A DNA stretch of 31,830 nucleotides from Treponema sp. (GCA_031274565.1 JAISPY010000120.1:1-31830); one strand, 5' to 3'. Numbered from the stretch's first letter, positions 9,063 through 18,642 are shown. Numbers and translations: made by a program. The notes: generated by a model not told the origin, from the sequence alone.

Positions 9063-9176
9063 GGAGTAGATCCGTTGCAATACCAGGGGATGCAAGGGTA
9101 TGGTGCTCGATACATGAAATCGGGGTGCTGCGGTGCAATATCCTTGGCATGCAATGAGCGGTCGAGGTAAATTCGA

Positions 9177-9205
9177 TTGAATATTCATAAAAAGTGGTTT
9201 AAACT
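9177..9205 (+). promoter_or_regulatory. Internal sigma70-like promoter, predicted start site at or near the fliM ATG
   Basis: TTGAAT (9177-9182), N17, TAAACT (9200-9205), N6, then ATG at 9212. No SD upstream of fliM. Confidence 0.6.
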
Positions 9206-9211
9206 ACGGGT

Positions 9212-10243
9212 ATGACTGAAGTTCTTTCTCAAAATGAAATAGATCAGTTACTGAACGCCATCAATGCCGGAGATACGGAGGCGGAGGATTTTAAGCCCGC
9301 GGCAGATATCCGTAAAGTAAAGATCTATGATTTTAAGCGGCCTGATAAATTCTCCAAAGAACAGATCCGAACGGTTTCGATCATGCATGAAACCTTTGCC
9401 CGGCTCACCACCACCGCACTTTCCGCGAGTCTGCGGAGTATGGTCCACGTCCATGTGGCCTCGGTGGATCAGCTTACCTATGAGGAATTCATCCGGTCTA
9501 TTCCGACCCCCACTACCCTGGCGATCATCAATATGGACCCCTTAAAGGGGAACGCTATTCTTGAAATCGATCCGGCCATAACCTTTTCTATTATTGACCG
9601 TCTCTTTGGCGGTACGGGAGAGGGTACCAAGGCTCAACATGAACTCACGGATATCGAGACCTCGGTTATGGAAGGGATCATCGTCCGGATACTGGGGAAT
9701 ATGCGGGAGGCGTGGACCACGGTCATCGATCTTCGGCCCCGGCTCGGGCAGATCGATACCAACCCGCAGTTTGCCCAGATCGTACCGCCTACGGAGATGG
9801 TGGTCCTGGTTACCCTGGAAACCAAAGTAGGGGAGGTGGAGGGTATGATGAATTTCTGCATCCCCTACCTGACCATTGAGCCGATAATCGGCAAACTTTC
9901 AGCCCAATTCTGGTATTCTTCGGTGCGGCGGGGGACTACCACGGAGAATCTGAATATACTCAAGGAAAAGCTTGCAAGCGTCGATGTTAATGTAGTAGCT
10001 GAAATAGGAACGATTCAGGTATCGGTCCGGGATGTATTGGCCCTCCAGGCAGGGGATGTGATCAGTCTGTACAACACCAGGGTAGGGGATCCGTATTCCC
10101 TCAATATCGGTAATAAAAAGAAATTTCTCTGCAGACCAGGAGTTATTGGAAAAAAAATGGCGGTACAGGTTATTAAAAAAATTGCGGAATTTAAACAAGA
10201 AGATTTTATAGAAATCGCATCTGAGGGAGATGAAACTATATGA
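9212..10243 (+). CDS. fliM: Flagellar motor switch protein FliM
   Basis: MTEVLSQNEIDQLL CheY-binding peptide, YDFKRPDKFSKEQIR motif, C-terminal SpoA domain. Confidence 0.98.
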   Translation: MTEVLSQNEIDQLLNAINAGDTEAEDFKPAADIRKVKIYDFKRPDKFSKEQIRTVSIMHETFARLTTTALSASLRSMVHVHVASVDQLTYEEFIRSIPTPTTLAIINMDPLKGNAILEIDPAITFSIIDRLFGGTGEGTKAQHELTDIETSVMEGIIVRILGNMREAWTTVIDLRPRLGQIDTNPQFAQIVPPTEMVVLVTLETKVGEVEGMMNFCIPYLTIEPIIGKLSAQFWYSSVRRGTTTENLNILKEKLASVDVNVVAEIGTIQVSVRDVLALQAGDVISLYNTRVGDPYSLNIGNKKKFLCRPGVIGKKMAVQVIKKIAEFKQEDFIEIASEGDETI

Positions 10244-11289
10244 GTGACGGTACACTTTCGCAGGCCGAACTGGATGCCTTATTGGCCGGAGGGCTTGAGG
10301 GTTCCGCAACCACCACCGTAGCGAAGGGTAGTGACCATGAGCGTAAGGTGTTACACGATTTTCTTACTTCCACGGTGGATACCCTTGCCGCTACGTTTGG
10401 TCAGTTGACCGCTACGGAAGTTTCGATCCAAGGTCCAGAGCTATCCTTTACCAATCAAGATTCCCTGATTGAACAGCTTCCCGATACGGTTACGGTGGTT
10501 AAGGCGGATTTTAACGCGGGTTTCCCGGGTGAGCATGTGTTTATTATGGCCGAAGCCACGGCCAAGGCTATTGCCGCGCGGATGACCCAGGAAGAGGATA
10601 TTAAGATGGACGACATGGCCCTCTCGGTGATTGGGGAGCTGGTGTCCAACTTGGTAGGCCCCCAAATCACGGCGCTGACCAAACAGACGGGGAATAAGTC
10701 CATTGCCTCGATTTCTCCGGAGGCAAGTAATGTGCCTAAGGCGGTGGTTGCCCTGCCCCGGGGAGATTTTCTCTGTGCCGTGTACCAGCTTGATCTGGGG
10801 GATGGAAACGTACAACAGTGGTGGGAAGTATATGGTCCTAAGGTAACAGAAAGTATCGCTCGTTCCATGGGCAAGGCGGAAGCGCCGGCTGCTGCGCCGC
10901 CGCCCCGGAACGATACGATGTCTGCGAGAGGAGGGGGTATGTCAGGTACAGGTAAAAATGGGATGTCAGGGCAGCCAGCGCATGTACAATCGGTACAGTT
11001 CCCCGGCCTTATGCCGCATCCTACGGCTCAAGAGCAGGGAAATATCGGTCTTATTATGGATGTCTTCATGGAAATGACCGTGGAATTGGGCCGTACCAAG
11101 AAACTCATCAAGGAAATTCTGGGAATGGGGGAAGGGACCATCATTGAGCTGGATAAACTCGCCGGTGAACCGGTGGACATTTTAGTGAATCATAAACTCA
11201 TCGCCAAGGGTGAAGTGGTGGTTATCGACGAAAATTTCGGTGTTCGGGTTACGGAAATTGTTTCCCCCATGGAACGCATGCATGATTGA
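10240..11289 (+). CDS. fliY: Flagellar switch protein FliY (CheC-like domain plus FliN domain)
   Basis: LSQAELDALL N-peptide, CheC-like middle, FliN/SpoA C-terminus (NIGLIMDVFMEMTVELGRT...GEVVVIDENFGVRVTEI). 4-bp overlap with fliM. Confidence 0.93.
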   Translation: MSDGTLSQAELDALLAGGLEGSATTTVAKGSDHERKVLHDFLTSTVDTLAATFGQLTATEVSIQGPELSFTNQDSLIEQLPDTVTVVKADFNAGFPGEHVFIMAEATAKAIAARMTQEEDIKMDDMALSVIGELVSNLVGPQITALTKQTGNKSIASISPEASNVPKAVVALPRGDFLCAVYQLDLGDGNVQQWWEVYGPKVTESIARSMGKAEAPAAAPPPRNDTMSARGGGMSGTGKNGMSGQPAHVQSVQFPGLMPHPTAQEQGNIGLIMDVFMEMTVELGRTKKLIKEILGMGEGTIIELDKLAGEPVDILVNHKLIAKGEVVVIDENFGVRVTEIVSPMERMHD

Positions 11290-11513
11290 GCGGATACTAT
11301 CGGTGTAATGCTATCGCTGTACATGATTGACGGTTTCTGAAACCTAGGGTTATGGCACAAACCGGTGGTACCTCCGGGGCGTTTCCATTCGGAGTACGTC
11401 GGTAGGGGAAGCGTACGGGTTTGATAGGTAAAAATATATGCACCACGCACCGGGGCGGGGAGAGGCCGGATTATTATTTTGTATCATTCCGGTGGTATGG
11501 GGGAGGGGTGAAA

Positions 11514-12098
11514 GTGGGATCCTTTCGTATAATCATAATGACTCTGGTACTCGCCGGTGGGTTATGGACGGCTGTGCCTGAAGTAGCCGCACAAGCTGTG
11601 GATCTTCAGGAAGAGGCTATCCTCTTGGGAGACGAGACCGCGGTTGCATTGGCTCCCCAGCAGCAAGGGGCGATTTCTTTTTTGACGATCCTGCGGATGA
11701 TCCTGGTCCTCGCCTTAGCCGCAGGGGCGATTTATGGGATACTGTTTTTTTTAAAACGGATTTCCCGGACTCCGGAACAGAAGGACCCGCATCTCAAGGT
11801 ATTGGCAGGGGTGCATCTCGGTTCCAATCGTTTTGTCCATGTGGTATCCCTTGGTTCCCAAGCCTGGCTCCTCGGCGCCTGTGAGGGAGGGGTTTCCCTT
11901 ATCGCGGAGCTCACGGATACGGAAACCATAGACGCCATGCTCCTGGATGAGTCCCGGAAAAGCGCCCAAGGGAAAGTGTCTGGCTTTGATTTTTCACAGG
12001 TACTTCGCCGCCTCGGGGGAGGAGCAGGGCCGGATCCGCATACCGAACTCAAGGCGGAAAATGTCCGTAAACGACGGGAACGATTGAGGGGGCTTTGA
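11514..12098 (+). CDS. fliO: Flagellar export protein FliO (FliZ in Borrelia nomenclature)
   Basis: Signal-like N-terminus, TM (ILRMILVLALAAGAIYGILFFL), FliO beta domain (KVLAGVHLGSNRFVHVVSLGSQAWLLG). GTG 11514 chosen from GGAGG at 11502-11506; the ORF track start at 11421 is probably too long. Confidence 0.85.
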   Translation: MGSFRIIIMTLVLAGGLWTAVPEVAAQAVDLQEEAILLGDETAVALAPQQQGAISFLTILRMILVLALAAGAIYGILFFLKRISRTPEQKDPHLKVLAGVHLGSNRFVHVVSLGSQAWLLGACEGGVSLIAELTDTETIDAMLLDESRKSAQGKVSGFDFSQVLRRLGGGAGPDPHTELKAENVRKRRERLRGL

Positions 12099-12099
12099 G

Positions 12100-12912
12100 G
12101 TGCGCGCTACGGTGCTAGGCTTGGTGGGTGTCTTGGTGCTACTGGGTGGGGGGGGGGCGCTCTATGCCCAGACGTTCCCGGATATGGGGGCTTCCGGGAC
12201 CATGGCCATCCCGGCTCCTCCCGTAAGTCCGGTGATCCCCTTTATTGACCTCTCGGTACGGAGCCCTGAAACCGGGCAGGAAGTGGCTTTTTCGCTCCAA
12301 CTGCTCCTCCTTATTACGGTCCTTTCCCTGGCGCCCAGCATCATCATCTTGATGACCAGCTTCTTGCGGATTTCCATTGTCTTGGATTTTATCAAGCGGG
12401 CTTTATCCCTCCAGCAGGTTCCCCCCAATCAGGTTATCATGGGCATCTCCCTGTTTCTGAGCATTTTCATCATGTGGCCCACCTTTGAGACCATCTATGA
12501 GCAGGCTATTCAGCCCTTGACCGCGGGAACCATTTCCATAGAAACCGCCTATCGGGAGGCCGAAGGGCCCTTGCGGATCTTCATGTACCGCCAGATGCGG
12601 AATCATCCGGACAATATACGGCTGTTCATGGCCATGCGGGGCCTAGACCGGCCAGAAACCCTGGCGGATGTGCCCACCTATGTGCTGATTCCCGCCTTTA
12701 TCTTAAACGAATTAACCGTGGCCTTTAAAATAGGGATCCTCCTTTTCATACCTTTTATCGTGATCGATATGGTGGTGGCCAGCGCCCTTATGTCTATGGG
12801 GATGATCATGTTGCCTCCGGTGATGATCTCCATGCCTTTCAAGCTCATCCTCTTCATTCTCGTGGATGGGTGGGGCCTCTTAACGGATCAGTTGGTCCGT
12901 TCCTTTGTGTAG
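12100..12912 (+). CDS. fliP: Flagellar export gate protein FliP
   Basis: LSLAPSIIILMTSFLRISIVL, PPNQVIMGISLFL, LIPAFILNELTVAFKIG and MLPPVMISMPFKL motifs; N-terminal signal peptide. Confidence 0.98.
   Translation: MRATVLGLVGVLVLLGGGGALYAQTFPDMGASGTMAIPAPPVSPVIPFIDLSVRSPETGQEVAFSLQLLLLITVLSLAPSIIILMTSFLRISIVLDFIKRALSLQQVPPNQVIMGISLFLSIFIMWPTFETIYEQAIQPLTAGTISIETAYREAEGPLRIFMYRQMRNHPDNIRLFMAMRGLDRPETLADVPTYVLIPAFILNELTVAFKIGILLFIPFIVIDMVVASALMSMGMIMLPPVMISMPFKLILFILVDGWGLLTDQLVRSFV
12148..12157 (+). repeat. G10 homopolymer in the fliP 5' coding region (currently in frame)
   Basis: ggt-GGG-GGG-GGG-Gcg. This is the longest G run seen on the plus strand of this window. Confidence 0.9.
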
Positions 12913-12924
12913 GATGATGCAAAG

Positions 12925-13194
12925 ATGAGTATCGGCGACATAACTTCCCTCTTGCGGGGAGGTATTCTGGAAGTCCTCTTGTTGGCGGCGCCCTTGCTCT
13001 TTTCCGCCCTGGTGGTGGGGCTGGTGGTGGCCATATTCCAGGCTACTACTTCCATCCAGGAACAGACCCTCACCTTTGTCCCTAAGATCGTGGCCATCCT
13101 CCTGGTGCTGGCGTTCTTGGGGGGCTGGATGTTTTCATCCTTGGGGGATTATACGGTCCAGTTATTCAGGATGATTCCGGCCATGGCGCGGTAG
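12925..13194 (+). CDS. fliQ: Flagellar export protein FliQ
   Basis: VGLVVAIFQATTSIQEQTLTFVPKI signature. Confidence 0.98.
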   Translation: MSIGDITSLLRGGILEVLLLAAPLLFSALVVGLVVAIFQATTSIQEQTLTFVPKIVAILLVLAFLGGWMFSSLGDYTVQLFRMIPAMAR

Positions 13195-13210
13195 CGGGGC
13201 GGGGTGAACC

Positions 13211-14059
13211 ATGGAAAGTAGGGTACTTGAAGAACTCATGCGAGGGGCCCCGGTTTTTATCCTGATAGCGATCAGAGCCTTGGCCATGATTGAAACCGCG
13301 CCGCTCCTGTCCTCTGACGCGATTCCCCAGGCGGCAAAGCTTGCCTTGGCGGGCTTCGCCGCGTACACGGCATTTCCGGCGGCGCAGGATACTATAGGGA
13401 CTGTGGTGAGCAGCGGGGATATAGGACTGATGAGCCTGAGTTTTGTGCTCCTGGTGATCGGGGAAGGACTCATCGGCCTCATCATGGGGTTCTTTCTTAC
13501 CATCATATTTGCGGCCTTTAGTACCGCAGGGCAGTTTTTCTCCCTCCCTATGGGCTTCAGCGCATCAGAAACCTTTGATCCCATTTCTCAGGTGGAAAAT
13601 CCCCTCATGGGCCAGTACCTGAACCTGGTGGCCATGCTGGTGTTCCTGTCCCTGGGGGGCTTTCAAGAGCTTTTTCTGGGGGGATTTTGGCGTTCCCTCC
13701 AGTCCATCAGTATCATCCACCTCATTGAGGCCCGGGAAGCAGTGCTGGGGATGCTCCTGAGAGGACTTTCCCGGCTGTTTCTGGATGCCATCATCATTTC
13801 CATGCCCATCCTCGGCACTCTTTTCTTGACCTCCCTCTCTACCGGGCTTATTTCCAAGGCGGCTCCTCAGATCAATATCCTCTCGGAAGGCTTCCCCATA
13901 TCCATCACGGTGGCCTTTGTCCTCATCTTTGCTACCCTGCCCTTCATGGTAGAAGCCTTTGGCCGGGTGCTGGAAGTGGGTTTCCAGACCCTGGAAACCC
14001 TCTATCGCCAGATCGGACGGCAAATCGCCGCCAGCGGCGGACCGGGGTATTATGTATAG
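13211..14059 (+). CDS. fliR: Flagellar export protein FliR
   Basis: Multi-TM protein with AFSTAGQFFSLPMGFSASETFDP and GLISKAAPQINI motifs. Confidence 0.95.
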   Translation: MESRVLEELMRGAPVFILIAIRALAMIETAPLLSSDAIPQAAKLALAGFAAYTAFPAAQDTIGTVVSSGDIGLMSLSFVLLVIGEGLIGLIMGFFLTIIFAAFSTAGQFFSLPMGFSASETFDPISQVENPLMGQYLNLVAMLVFLSLGGFQELFLGGFWRSLQSISIIHLIEAREAVLGMLLRGLSRLFLDAIIISMPILGTLFLTSLSTGLISKAAPQINILSEGFPISITVAFVLIFATLPFMVEAFGRVLEVGFQTLETLYRQIGRQIAASGGPGYYV

Positions 14060-15212
14060 GCTCCGCCGGTTTTATGACGCCCCATCGGCCCTGCGCGTCG
14101 CGGCGGCCATGGACCTGCAGTGGTTTGCCGCGGAAGATGAGGGCCGTACCGAAGAGCCTTCGGAATATAAGATCCGTAAGACCCGGGAAGAAGAAGGCCG
14201 GGTTGCCAAGAGTCAGGAATTCATCGGCGCCCTGATGCTTCTCTTGCCTGCCCTGGGCATTCTTTTTTTGGCCCCTTCCCTGCTGCGAACCTGCGTGGAA
14301 ATGGTGCGGTTTTTCCTGCTCCGGGCGACGACTTTGGACCCCACCAAGGATAGGATCATCTCCGGGCTGGTGTTTTCGTATTATGTACGACTCTGTCTCC
14401 CCATTCTGCTCATCGCGGTAGCCGCGGCCCTCTTTTCAAACCTGGTGCAGACCGGTCTGCTCTTTACTACCAAACCCTTGATGCCTAAGTTCTCCAAGAT
14501 CCTGCCCCATTTCGGACGGTATTTTCAGAAAACGCTTTTTTCTGCGGAAGGGCTATTTAATTTTTTTAAGTCTATCGTTAAAATGGTAATTATCGGGGGG
14601 GTGGCTTTCTTCCTGATTCGATCCCGCATAGCGGAGCTGGCGAACCTACAAACCGCGAGTTTGTGGCTGGGGATACAGACCGTGGCTTCCTTGGCGATAC
14701 GGCTGCTCATCATCTCGGCGCTGCTGTTGCTGTTGCTGGCCATTCCGGATTACCTGTTCCAGCGGTGGCAATACCGGGAATCCCTCAAGATGACCAAACA
14801 GGAAGTCAAGGAAGAGCACAAGATGTATGAGGGAGATCCCTTAGTCAAGTCCCGGCTCCGTAGCCGTATGCGGGAGATCTTGAGCCAAAACATGGCTATC
14901 AATGTGCCTAAAGCCGATGTGGTTATCACGAACCCAACCCACCTGGCGGTTGCCTTGGAATATAACCGGACCAATATGGCGGCCCCCCAGGTTACGGCTA
15001 AGGGGGAGGATGAAATGGCCTTCAGGATCCGCCGCATCGCCCAGGATAACGGGGTGCCCCTGGTGGAAAACAAGCCCCTGGCCCGGGCGCTCTATGCGGA
15101 GACCAAAGTCGGGGATATGATACCAGAAGCCTACTGGGAAATTGTGGCCATGGTATTGAGTAAGGTGATGAAGCTTAACGAAGAACGCCGGCGCGCTGAG
15201 CGCGCCGGTTAA
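14052..15212 (+). CDS. flhB: Flagellar export switch protein FlhB
   Basis: EDEGRTEEPSEYK N-motif, KMTKQEVKEEHKMYEGDP, intact NPTH autocleavage site. Start is ATG 14052 (overlapping the fliR stop) or 14109; the track start at 13959 is unlikely. Confidence 0.96.
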   Translation: MYRLRRFYDAPSALRVAAAMDLQWFAAEDEGRTEEPSEYKIRKTREEEGRVAKSQEFIGALMLLLPALGILFLAPSLLRTCVEMVRFFLLRATTLDPTKDRIISGLVFSYYVRLCLPILLIAVAAALFSNLVQTGLLFTTKPLMPKFSKILPHFGRYFQKTLFSAEGLFNFFKSIVKMVIIGGVAFFLIRSRIAELANLQTASLWLGIQTVASLAIRLLIISALLLLLLAIPDYLFQRWQYRESLKMTKQEVKEEHKMYEGDPLVKSRLRSRMREILSQNMAINVPKADVVITNPTHLAVALEYNRTNMAAPQVTAKGEDEMAFRIRRIAQDNGVPLVENKPLARALYAETKVGDMIPEAYWEIVAMVLSKVMKLNEERRRAERAG

Positions 15213-15240
15213 TTGATTGCGAAGGAGCGATAGGTACAGT

Positions 15241-17355
15241 ATGACCAATGGGGTAGGCGGGAATAACACCGTTAATCCGAGTAGTTTCATAGGGGATCCC
15301 CGGGATCTGTTCATTGCCATCGGCGTGGTGGTACTGGTGCTCATGCTCATCATACCGCTGCCTACGGTCTTGCTGGATACCTTCATGGCCCTGAACCTGG
15401 TGTTCTCCCTGCTCATCCTCCTCATCGTGCTGTACTCCAAAAAGGCCACGGATTTCAATGTCTTTCCCACGGTACTGCTGATCGTTACGGTCTTTGGTTT
15501 AGGCTTGAATATTTCTTCCACCCGGCTCATTCTTACCCAGGGCGCGCACTTTAACGGCCGGATGATCCGGGCCTTCTCGTCCTTTGTGGTTGGTTCCAGC
15601 GGGACCGACGGCCTGGTCGTGGGGTTCATCATCTTCATCGCCATCATCGCGGTTCAAGTGGTGGTCATCACCAAGGGTTCCACCAGGATCTGCGAAGTGG
15701 CGGCCCGCTTCGCACTGGATGCCCTGCCGGGGAAGCAGATGGCCATTGACGGCCTGTACAGTTCCGGGGCGATTACCGAGGAGGAGTCCCGGATTCGGAA
15801 ACAGGAACTCCAGAAGGAAGTGGATTTCTACGGCGCCATGGATGGTTCCAGCAAATTTGTGTCTGGCAATGTGAAGGTGGGGATCTTCATCACTGCCATC
15901 AACATCCTGGGGGGGATCATCATCGGCGCGGTCTTCCATAAAGAGCCCCTCAGCGCGGCCATCGGCACCTATATCGCCTTTTCCGTTGGGGACGGTCTGC
16001 TCTCCCAGTTTCCGGCGCTTTTGGTATCCACTGCCACAGGCATTGCGGTTACCCGATCCGCTTCAAACGGCACCTTTGGGGAGGATATTTCCAGCCAGTT
16101 TACCCGGGACGCCCGGATTTATTGGATAGGCGCCTTTGTCCTCCTGGGATTTGCCCTGCTCCCGGGGTTTCCCTGGTATGTGCTCATTCCCCTGGCGGTT
16201 TTCTTAGGGTTTTTCGCCGTGAGCTTAGGCCAAACCCAGCAGCGGAAGGCGAATTTCAACGCCATGATGGCCAAGACCGCAGCGCCTCAGAAACCCCCCG
16301 GGGACATGGGAGAACTCTCTCCGGTGGTGCCCCTGGACACCTTATCCCTTGAATTGGGGTACGGCCTCATCCCCTTGGTTGATAAGGATAAGGGAGCGGA
16401 GCTTTTAGAGCGAGTCCAGGGGATCCGTAAACAATCGGGTTTGGAGTTGGGGCTGGTCATACCCAAGATCCGGATCATCGATAATATGCTGCTTGAACCT
16501 GCGGAGTACTGTTTTAAAATTCGAGGGGTGGATACGGGCCGGGGCAAGATCCGCATGGGCTACTACCTCTGTATGAATCCCGGGAACGTCCGGGAAGAGA
16601 TAGCCGGTGAAAAGACCCGGGAGCCGGTGTTCGGGCTTCCGGCCATCTGGGTGAGCGCGGATAAGCGGGATGAGGCGGAACGAGCAGGGTACACCGTGGT
16701 GGATCCCCCTTCTATGATCGCCACCCATTTGACGGAGATCATCCGCCGCCATGCCGCGGAAATCCTGGGCCGTCAGGAGATTCAGGCTATTCTGGATACC
16801 CTGCGGAAGGAATACCCCGCACTGGTAGAGGAGGCCCAGAGTCAAAAGGCCCTGAGCCTCGGTGAAATCCAAAAGGTACTCCAGGGCCTGCTCAAAGAAC
16901 AGGTTTCCATCCGTAACATGGTGAGCATTTTGGAAGCCTTGGCGGATTTTGCCCCGATTACCCGGGATACCCGGTTTCTCACCGAAAAGGTCCGGCAAGC
17001 ATTGGCCAGGCAGATCTGTCACCGCTATGCGGACGAACGACTGGTGCTCCATGTACTCACCCTGGATCCTGCCTTGGAACAGAAGATCATCGATAGCCGG
17101 GTGGAAACCAGTTCCGGGGTCATTGCGGCATTAGACCCGGCGGTTCAAAATACCTGGATCAAGGCTTTGACCCGGTCAGTTGCGGCAGTACAAGAACATG
17201 GGTGGTACCCGATCATCGTCTGTTCGGAATCAGCCCGCTACCTGGTCAAGTCATCGACCGACCGGGACCTCCCGGAATTGGTAGTGCTCTCGGTACCGGA
17301 GATTGTGTCGGATATTACCTTAGAGTCGGTAGGAGTCATAAGGCTGGACCATTAA
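15241..17355 (+). CDS. flhA: Flagellar export protein FlhA
   Basis: EVAARFALDALPGKQMAID, DFYGAMDGSSKFVSG and LQGLLKEQVSIRN motifs. ATG 15241 preferred over TTG 15217. Confidence 0.98.
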   Translation: MTNGVGGNNTVNPSSFIGDPRDLFIAIGVVVLVLMLIIPLPTVLLDTFMALNLVFSLLILLIVLYSKKATDFNVFPTVLLIVTVFGLGLNISSTRLILTQGAHFNGRMIRAFSSFVVGSSGTDGLVVGFIIFIAIIAVQVVVITKGSTRICEVAARFALDALPGKQMAIDGLYSSGAITEEESRIRKQELQKEVDFYGAMDGSSKFVSGNVKVGIFITAINILGGIIIGAVFHKEPLSAAIGTYIAFSVGDGLLSQFPALLVSTATGIAVTRSASNGTFGEDISSQFTRDARIYWIGAFVLLGFALLPGFPWYVLIPLAVFLGFFAVSLGQTQQRKANFNAMMAKTAAPQKPPGDMGELSPVVPLDTLSLELGYGLIPLVDKDKGAELLERVQGIRKQSGLELGLVIPKIRIIDNMLLEPAEYCFKIRGVDTGRGKIRMGYYLCMNPGNVREEIAGEKTREPVFGLPAIWVSADKRDEAERAGYTVVDPPSMIATHLTEIIRRHAAEILGRQEIQAILDTLRKEYPALVEEAQSQKALSLGEIQKVLQGLLKEQVSIRNMVSILEALADFAPITRDTRFLTEKVRQALARQICHRYADERLVLHVLTLDPALEQKIIDSRVETSSGVIAALDPAVQNTWIKALTRSVAAVQEHGWYPIIVCSESARYLVKSSTDRDLPELVVLSVPEIVSDITLESVGVIRLDH

Positions 17356-17374
17356 GGAGTTATGTAATAAAAAA

Positions 17375-18637
17375 ATGGAGTATTTTATAGAACAAGCCTT
17401 AACCTATACCGAGTGCCTCAATAAGATCCGTATGAAGTATGGGGAGCGGTTTTCAATACTGAATCATAAGAGCATCCGTATGGGAGGATTTCTCGGGTTT
17501 TTCGCCAAGGACGGGGTAGAAATCAGCGGGTTTACCTCGAACAACGTGGTCAAGAATGTGAATTCCGGAGCCAGCTTGGTACCCGGGGTTGCGCCGGATC
17601 CCGCGACGCTGAACCGAAAAACGCCCCCTGACTTTGAAGAGGAAAAACGCAAGCTCCTGGACGCGGCGAATACCGCGAATAAAGGGGAAAGTACCTGGCA
17701 GTTGGTCTTAAAAGAAGTGCAGACCCTCAAGGAACGGATCGATGCGGGGACGGTTTCCTCTGCCCCGGAAGAACATCCTACCCTGAACCGTATTGGGGAG
17801 GTACTGGGGCACAACGATTTTTCCCTGCGTTTCAGCCAGATGATTCTGGAGCGGATTAAAAAGGAATTTTCTCTGGACGCGCTTAACGACTATAAAGCCG
17901 TACAGGACAAGGTTATCGAGTGGATTGGTGAGAGTATTACCATCTATAAAGAGGAAAAATTCCAGCGCTTACCCCGTATCATGGTCCTGGTGGGACCCAC
18001 CGGGGTTGGTAAGACCACGACTATTGCGAAGTTGGCCGCGATTTTTGGGATTGGGAACGCGGATCACCGCCCGCTTTCACTACGGATGATCACCATCGAT
18101 GCCTTCCGAATCGGCGCCAAAGAGCAGTTGGAAAAGTACGGTAATATCATGGATCTGCCGGTCTCCTATGTGGAGGACTATGATGATCTCAAGAAGACCA
18201 TCGCCCAATATTCGGAAGGGGTGGATCTCATCCTGGTAGATACCATCGGAAAGAGTCCCCGGGATTCCGTCCAGTTGGGGAAGATGAAGCAGCTTCTGGA
18301 TGCCTGCGGAACCCAGGCGGAGTTGTATCTGGCGGTGGCGGCGACCACGAAATCCAGCGATCTAAAGGAAATCATCCGACAGTTTGAACCCTTCAATTAC
18401 CGATCGGTGATCATCACGAAACTGGATGAGACCATACGGGTAGGCAATGTGATAAGCGTACTGGCGGATATGGGAAAATCAGTTTCCTATATTACCGACG
18501 GACAGAAGGTCCCCAGCAATATACAGAAGGCTACGGTGGTTCGGTTTCTTATTAACCTTGAGGGTTTCCAGGTCAATAGGGCAAAAATTGAGCGGCGTTT
18601 CCCTGTGGACGAATCTGAACAAATTCAGTGGAGATAG
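17375..18637 (+). CDS. flhF: SRP-type GTPase FlhF
   Basis: GPTGVGKTTTIAKLAA, DAFRIGAKEQL, DTIGKS and TKLDET motifs; N-terminal B domain. Confidence 0.96.
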   Translation: MEYFIEQALTYTECLNKIRMKYGERFSILNHKSIRMGGFLGFFAKDGVEISGFTSNNVVKNVNSGASLVPGVAPDPATLNRKTPPDFEEEKRKLLDAANTANKGESTWQLVLKEVQTLKERIDAGTVSSAPEEHPTLNRIGEVLGHNDFSLRFSQMILERIKKEFSLDALNDYKAVQDKVIEWIGESITIYKEEKFQRLPRIMVLVGPTGVGKTTTIAKLAAIFGIGNADHRPLSLRMITIDAFRIGAKEQLEKYGNIMDLPVSYVEDYDDLKKTIAQYSEGVDLILVDTIGKSPRDSVQLGKMKQLLDACGTQAELYLAVAATTKSSDLKEIIRQFEPFNYRSVIITKLDETIRVGNVISVLADMGKSVSYITDGQKVPSNIQKATVVRFLINLEGFQVNRAKIERRFPVDESEQIQWR

Positions 18638-18642
18638 TAAGT

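Noticed and set aside
11290-11513. 224-bp fliY-fliO gap as a riboswitch, terminator or promoter
   Set aside because: Only short, imperfect hairpins; TTGACG (11327) has no well-spaced -10; no U-tract.
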